Position numbers and translations under genes: made by a program. 25,875 nt of DNA, taken from Macrostomum lignano. Taxonomy: Eukaryota. Each line of letters starts with the position of its first letter. Within the stretch, counting starts at the first letter, position 1. A model generated the notes under the pieces. That model was not told the origin of the DNA. It did no database searches and saw nothing but the letters and a program-made list of their open reading frames with translations. Location: assembly GCA_002269645.1 (NCBI GenBank), contig NIVC01002083.1, positions 1-25,875 on the forward strand, written 5' to 3'. Positions 19,948 through 25,875 of the stretch are shown here, in pieces.

Positions 19948-20582
19948 TCAAACTGCGATATTGTCAAGAGTATCATTCTAGTCTTCTGGGTAAAAAAGTA
20001 ACGAACAGTACTTAATTGATGAATTTTCGAAATCTCCTTTGTTTTGACTCGTTAAACCTGTCGGTGAAAATATTTATGAAAATATCTGCATATTGCACTT
20101 TAATTAGTTAGTGTTTAACCTTGTTATTTCGAAATCTCAGACTTTTTTAACAGCTTGCTTGCATAAATAAAAATATGCCTGAACTTTTCTGCAATCTCTC
20201 CTAGTCAGTAGTATGGTTCGTGCATGCAGTTTTTAAAAGCTAATATTATTTTTATTTAAAATCTGCAATGAATTTATCGTGAAAACAGGAGTTAGCTTAG
20301 GTGTTACTGGTATATTTTGTGTTGTAATAATTTTCTCGAGTATAGCATTTTCCCCATTTAAGATGCCTGATCGTTGCTCGTTGTGCGACAGGGTTTATAC
20401 TACTCAAAAATTAACCTGTTCATTTATTGTGTTATGTTTATTGTTTGTGTATAAATATATATATATCTGTAGAAATTTGACTTTTCTATGTTGTTTTTTG
20501 GTTTGCACTTTGATGTATAGAAAGTTATATGCTTGAATTTTACCTAATTTTACAAGTTAACTAACTGTTCTTTAAGTAAGTA

Positions 20583-21290
20583 CTTATCTCTGTCTCTATC
20601 CCACTTCTCTCTGTCTCTATCCCACTTATCTCTGTCTGAATCCCACTTCTCTCTGTCTCTATCCCACTTCTCTCTGTCTCAATCCCACTTATCTCTGCCT
20701 CTATCCCACTTATCTCTGTCTCAATCCCACTTATCTCTGCCTCTATCCCACTTATCTCTGTCTCTATCCCACTTCTCTCTGTCTCTATCCCACTTATCTC
20801 TGTCTCTATCCCACTTATCTCTGTCTCTATCCCACTTATCTCTGTCTCTATCCCACTTCTCTCTGTCTCTATCCCACTTCTCTCTGTCTCAATCCCACTT
20901 ATCTCTGTCTCTATCCCACTTATCTCTGTCTCTATCCCACTCATCTCTGTCTCTATCCCACTTCTCTCTGTCTCAATCCCACTTATCTCTGTCTCTATCC
21001 CACTTATCTCTGTCTCTATCCCACTTATCTCTGTCTCTATCCCACTTCTCTCTGTCTCTATCCCACTTCTCTCTGTCTCTATCCCACTTCTCTCTGTCTC
21101 AATCCCACTTATCTCTGTCTCTATCCCACTTCTCTCTGTCTCTATCCCACTTATCTCTGTCTCTATCCCACTTCTCTCTGTCTCTATCCCACTTCTCTCT
21201 GTCTGAATCCCACTTATCTCTGTCTCTATCCCACTTATCTCTGTCTCTATCCCACTTATCTCTGCCTCTTTCACACTTATCTCTTCCTCT
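20583..21290. repeat. 21-bp pyrimidine-rich tandem repeat (TCTCTGTCTCTATCCCACTTA), about 33 copies
   Basis: Read directly. It is the source of the SGIETEI minus-strand ORF. Confidence 0.96.
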
Positions 21291-21905
21291 ATCCTTTCTA
21301 TCCCTCTACATCTGCTTTACCGCTATCAGAATCTGGTCAAAACACAATAAATAAGCAATCGAAAGGAATAATGTACTTTGATCGGCCTATAGTCACTTAG
21401 AGTACTTCAATCAATTAATCAATGCTTTTGTTTACCGACTGTCGGCTCTGTGATTTATTTAACACAAAATTAATTGCTTCTGTGTGAGTTCGCGTGTAAT
21501 GCTTAATCGCCTGTCTTGTTGCTAATATATTTATTTGTTTCTTTTTCAAACCTTTGTATTTCGCGCAAAGTAAAGCTGAAAAATTGTTAATCAACTTTTA
21601 TCCTCGAGTGCTCGTGTTGCAAATTAGATGTGAAAAAAGTTTTTTAAACTAATTGTCCAAATTTAAGAGCCCAGTCCCTTCAATTTTGGAAATGGAATCA
21701 TTTACAGTGTAATCTGATACTGAGTGCAGTAGAATCAGTTTGGGTGAATTAAATATAACTCCCGTATCCATATTCATAAATAAAGGCCTATTTTTCTAGT
21801 TTGCATAGGCTCATTGTGAAAACTATTATCTTATTTTTGTGAATGCAGCACATTTAAAAGTACATGCAGGAGTTTCTTTCTTGTTTATTATTTTTTTGTC
21901 GCTCC

Positions 21906-22870
21906 TGGGGGAGTTACTTTGGCAAACTCTGAGGGATCTACTTTGTCACCCTCTGGGGGATCTACTTTGTCACCCTCTGGGGGATCTACTTTGTCATCCT
22001 CTGGGGATCTACTTTGGCAAACTCTGAGGGATCTACTTTGGCAAACTCTGAGAGATCTACTTTGGCAAACTCTGAGGGATCTACTTTGTCACCCTCTGAG
22101 GGATCTACTTTGGCAAACTCTGAGGGATCTACTTTGTCACCCTCTTGAGGGATCTACTTTGTCACCCTCTTGAGGGATCTACTTTGTCACCCTCTTGGGG
22201 GATCTACTTTGTCACCCTCTGAGGGATCTACTTTGGCAAACTCTGAGAGATCTACTTTGGCAAACTCTGAGGGATCTACTTTGTCACCCTCTGAGGGATC
22301 TACTTTGGCAAACTCTGAGGGATCTACTTTGTCACCCTCTTGAGGGATCTACTTTGTCACCCTCTTGAGGGATCTACTTTGTCACCCTCTTGAGGGATCT
22401 ACTTTGTCACCCTCTTGAGGGATCTACTTTGTCACCCTCTTGGGGGATCTACTTTGTCACCCTCTGAGGGATCTACTTTGGCAAACTCTGAGGGATCTAC
22501 TTTGGCAAACTCTGATGCATCTACTTTGTCATCCTCTGAGGGATCTACTTTGTCACCCTCTGAGGGATCTACTTTGGCAAACTCTGAGGGATCTACTTTG
22601 TCACCCTCTGAGGGATCTACTTTGTCATCCTCTGAGGGATCTACTTTGTCACCCTCTTGAGGGATCTACTTTGTCACCCTCTTGAGGGATCTACTTTGTC
22701 ACCCTCTTGGGGGATCTACTTTGTCACCCTCTGAGGGATATCCTTTGGCAAACTCTGAGGGATCTACTTTGGCAAACTCTGAAGCATCTACTTTGTCATC
22801 CTCTGAGGGATCTACTTTGTCATCCTCTGAGGGATTTACTTTGGCAGTCTCTGAGGAATCCACTTTGATC
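21906..22870. repeat. 24/25-bp tandem repeat with two interspersed variants (GAGGGATCTACTTTGTCACCCTCT and GAGGGATCTACTTTGGCAAACTCT), about 40 copies
   Basis: Read directly. There are no unique spacers. Confidence 0.95.
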
Positions 22871-23874
22871 TTCAGAGTGATCTACTAATTGTCTCCCTCT
22901 GAGAGGTATATCTACCTTGGTTTTCCAGATTAGCAGATGTTATTAGTGCACGTCAACAAAGCACCGAAATAATCTGCACTGCACTTCACTGTACAGCCAT
23001 AATGCAACCTGGTCCACTGAGGCATTGCCACCAACTTGACAAAATGAATGCAATAAAAGGTCGCATTCAATGCCGGCTGGGTCAGGAAAATATTTCTCCA
23101 ATCTGCGCAGTTTCCGGGATTTTATGGCCAGATGCTTGACTGGATGATCATTTTCTATTGTGCCCTATTATTGCTATTGATTTAGTGCAATAATTGCCAA
23201 TCTGCATTGTGATGATTGACAATCTGCAGTCTGGATAAATATTCCAGCGTTAATTAATTACATCTGTGACTACATAATTTATGGCTGCGAATTTATGGAC
23301 ATCGAATGGCTGATAAAGTTCCTGGATCGGAAACCCCAGTCTCCCAAGTCAGATTGGAACTCTGGGAGTGAGTCATCTCTGTTGGGACTGCGCGAAATGA
23401 ATCTGCTCAAGACGAATTCTTTCTGCTTTTGCCAGGCAAACTTTGGACAGCAAGGTCTGAGTTATCCAGATCGTCCCCTAATCTCTCGTACTTGCTTCTA
23501 TGCATCTTATTGGTTCCCGTGGCAATCCCCATTCCCCATCCACAAAACAAGCCGTTCCCAATTGTAAATCCCCATCCAGGCTTTGGCCAGGGGATTTTCT
23601 CGGTGTACAAACGCGCCTGGCCTTGTTATCTCACCCTGCCCGCTGCCAGTCTCGCAATACTCGGCTCGACCTGATTTGCTAAGTGGCCAACTGCGAGACC
23701 CGGCGGCCGGCTTTGAGGGAGAAAAAAGGCTCGCGACTGCCGAAGTTGCTCTGTCTGCATCGAAAATTCTTCTGACTTCTAGAAACCTTTTAGACCTTTT
23801 GCGACTGATTATCGACTTAAAATAAGTTGCTGCAAAGTTTCTGCTCAGCCTGAGTACAAAAAGATAACGACAAA

Positions 23875-23890
23875 ATGGCTGTTTTTAGCC
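23875..23890 (+). CDS. Putative 16-nt first coding segment (MAVFS) of an unidentified gene
   Basis: CAAAATGG start context, strong donor GTAAGT at 23891 and candidate acceptor TTTCTGCTCAG at 23848. The reading frame is not independently verified. Confidence 0.4.
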
Positions 23891-23912
23891 GTAAGTATTT
23901 TTTTACTGGTTT

Positions 23913-23945
23913 GGATAGATAGATGGATAGATAGATAGATAGATG

Positions 23946-24008
<63 letters not shown>

Positions 24009-24031
24009 GGATAGATAGATAGATAGATGGT

Positions 24032-24092
<61 letters not shown>

Positions 24093-24151
24093 GGATAGAT
24101 AGATAGATAGATAGATGGATAGATAGATGGATAGATAAATAGATAGATGGT

Positions 24152-24188
<37 letters not shown>

Positions 24189-24191
24189 GGT

Positions 24192-24232
<41 letters not shown>

Positions 24233-24255
24233 GGATAGATAGATAGATAGATGGT

Positions 24256-24292
<37 letters not shown>

Positions 24293-24295
24293 GGT

Positions 24296-24348
<53 letters not shown>

Positions 24349-24349
24349 G

Positions 24350-24384
<35 letters not shown>

Positions 24385-24429
24385 GGATAGATAGATAGAT
24401 AGATAGATAGATGGATAGATAGATAGATG

Positions 24430-24488
<59 letters not shown>

Positions 24489-24511
24489 GGATAGATAGAT
24501 AGATAGATGGT

Positions 24512-24556
<45 letters not shown>

Positions 24557-24559
24557 GGT

Positions 24560-24600
<41 letters not shown>

Positions 24601-24601
24601 G

Positions 24602-24700
<99 letters not shown>

Positions 24701-24730
24701 GGATAGATGGAAAGATGGATAGATAGATAA

Positions 24731-24785
<55 letters not shown>

Positions 24786-24822
24786 TATAGATGGATAGAT
24801 GGATAGATGGATAGATAGATAA

Positions 24823-24912
<90 letters not shown>

Positions 24913-24925
24913 GGATAGATAGATA
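23913..24925. repeat. About 1 kb (GATA)n microsatellite with GGAT/GGTT/AAAT interruptions, filling nearly the whole putative intron 23891-24948
   Basis: Read directly. It explains the IYLS ORFs. Confidence 0.98.
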
Positions 24926-24948
24926 CAGTAGCTATACTGCACCCGCAG

Positions 24949-25415
24949 GCAAGACTTCGATCCCCGCCCAGCTCAACATCACCTGCTACCACGTTTCGGT
25001 GCGTCCAGCGACCCTGCAGCTCCATCAGCGTCGAAATCGAAGAGCGCCGACCGCCTGGACGTTCCCAACGCGGCCGAGATGGCCGCCCTCGCGGCCGAGG
25101 TGCCGCACTTTCTGTCCAACCTGGAGGTGGCTACCACGGCGTCCGGCGGAGGCGGCAGCCACCGTCAGATGTTTCTGCTGCAGCAGCGGCCCTCTTTCAC
25201 CTTCACGGAGGCGTCAGGAGGCAGCCTCACCAGTCCGCAGCAGCAGCTGTCGCACCAGCAGCTGTGGCTCCAACAGCTGCATCAGCGCCGGATTTCCCGC
25301 GGATCCCCCGGCGGGGGACCTGTCGAGGCCTCGAGCAGCTGGGCGGCTCAGGACCCTCGCTGCTGCGACCGCCTGCCCCACTTTGCCGAAGCCGCAGTCG
25401 CAGCCTCAACTGCTG
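24949..25415 (+). CDS. GC-rich internal exon of an unidentified protein (low-complexity, Gln/Ser/Gly-rich); gene continues beyond the window and the frame is ambiguous
   Basis: Bounded by CCCGCAG and G|GTGAGG, with the same GC-rich CAG/CTG/GCC codon style as the other exons. All three + frames are open and no domain was recognised. Confidence 0.6.
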
Positions 25416-25424
25416 GTGAGGCGA

Positions 25425-25875
25425 GTGTCAGGGGTGTCAGATTGCAGTGTCAGGAATGTCTGATTGGCAGTGTCAGGAATGTCTGATTGCAGTGTCAGGG
25501 GTGTCTGATTGCAGTTCAGGAATGTCTGATTGCAGTGTCAGGGGTGTCTGATTGCAGTGTCAGGGGTGTCTGATTGCAGTGTCAGGAATGTCTGATTGCA
25601 GTGTCAGGGGTGTCTGATTGCAGTGTCAGGAATGTCTGATTGCAGTGTCAGGGGTGTCTGATTGCAGTGTCAGGAATGTCTGATTGCAGTGTCAGGAATG
25701 TCTGATTGCAGTGTCCAGGGGTGTCTGATTGCAGTGTCAGGGGTGTCTGATTGCAGTGTCAGGGGTGTCTGATTGCAGTGTCAGGGGTGTGTGATTGCAG
25801 TGTCAGGGGTGTCTGATTGCAGTGTCAGGAATGTCTGATTGCAGTGTCAGGGGTGTCTGATTGCAGTGTCAGGAA
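25425..25875. repeat. 22-bp tandem repeat (GTGTCAGGGGTGTCTGATTGCA / GTGTCAGGAATGTCTGATTGCA), about 20 copies, truncated by the window end
   Basis: Read directly. It begins 9 nt after the donor at 25416. Confidence 0.96.

Noticed and set aside
19202-20001. Pro-rich, extensin-like or Gly-rich ORFs (MYTPAPPP; GVYIGGG)
   Set aside because: They are open in multiple frames on both strands of a C-rich minisatellite, with no splice or codon support.
20561-21274. 237-aa SGIETEI repeat ORF resembling a repetitive surface or antifreeze protein
   Set aside because: It coincides exactly with a 21-bp array and has no unique flanking coding sequence or signal peptide.
21906-22870. CRISPR-like appearance (partly palindromic repeats of about 24 bp)
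   Set aside because: There are no unique spacers or cas genes, and the context is a spliced eukaryotic locus.
23295-23825. Several 60-90 aa ORFs upstream of the last gene
   Set aside because: They overlap in different frames, lack the GC3 bias of real exons here, and show no motif or consistent splice sites.
24255-25025. IYLS-repeat ORFs
   Set aside because: They are the reverse complement of the (GATA)n microsatellite.

Overview
This is eukaryotic (animal) genomic DNA with GC-rich exons, AT-rich intergenic DNA and about 40% tandem repeats. The style is reminiscent of flatworm genomes such as Macrostomum, but that is an unverified guess. Three genes could be assembled by hand from GT-AG splice sites and recalled similarity to the human proteins. 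(1) LSM14/RAP55/Trailer hitch, + strand, join 4511..5056,5426..6643, 587 aa. (2) COMMD2, - strand, exons 9185..9104, 8921..8844, 8738..8210, with a frameshift near 8375 inside the COMM domain. (3) MAP2K7/MKK7, + strand, join 9870..10176,11924..12056,14442..14868,15661..16040,17793..18306, 586 aa, divergent from COMMD2. A fourth, unidentified + strand gene starts near 23875 and runs off the window. The rest holds about 14 tandem arrays (4-45 bp units, several with higher-order structure), probable non-autonomous Helitron 5' ends at about 1313-1560 and an inverted-repeat-bounded element just after the MKK7 stop. Most long ORFs in the supplied track are artefacts of these arrays. I found no convincing new multi-gene system. 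The best leads are the splice acceptors just before each start codon (possible SL trans-splicing), two apparent single-base frameshifts, the AT-rich 5' exons around the divergent COMMD2/MKK7 pair, and minisatellites that begin right after splice donors.
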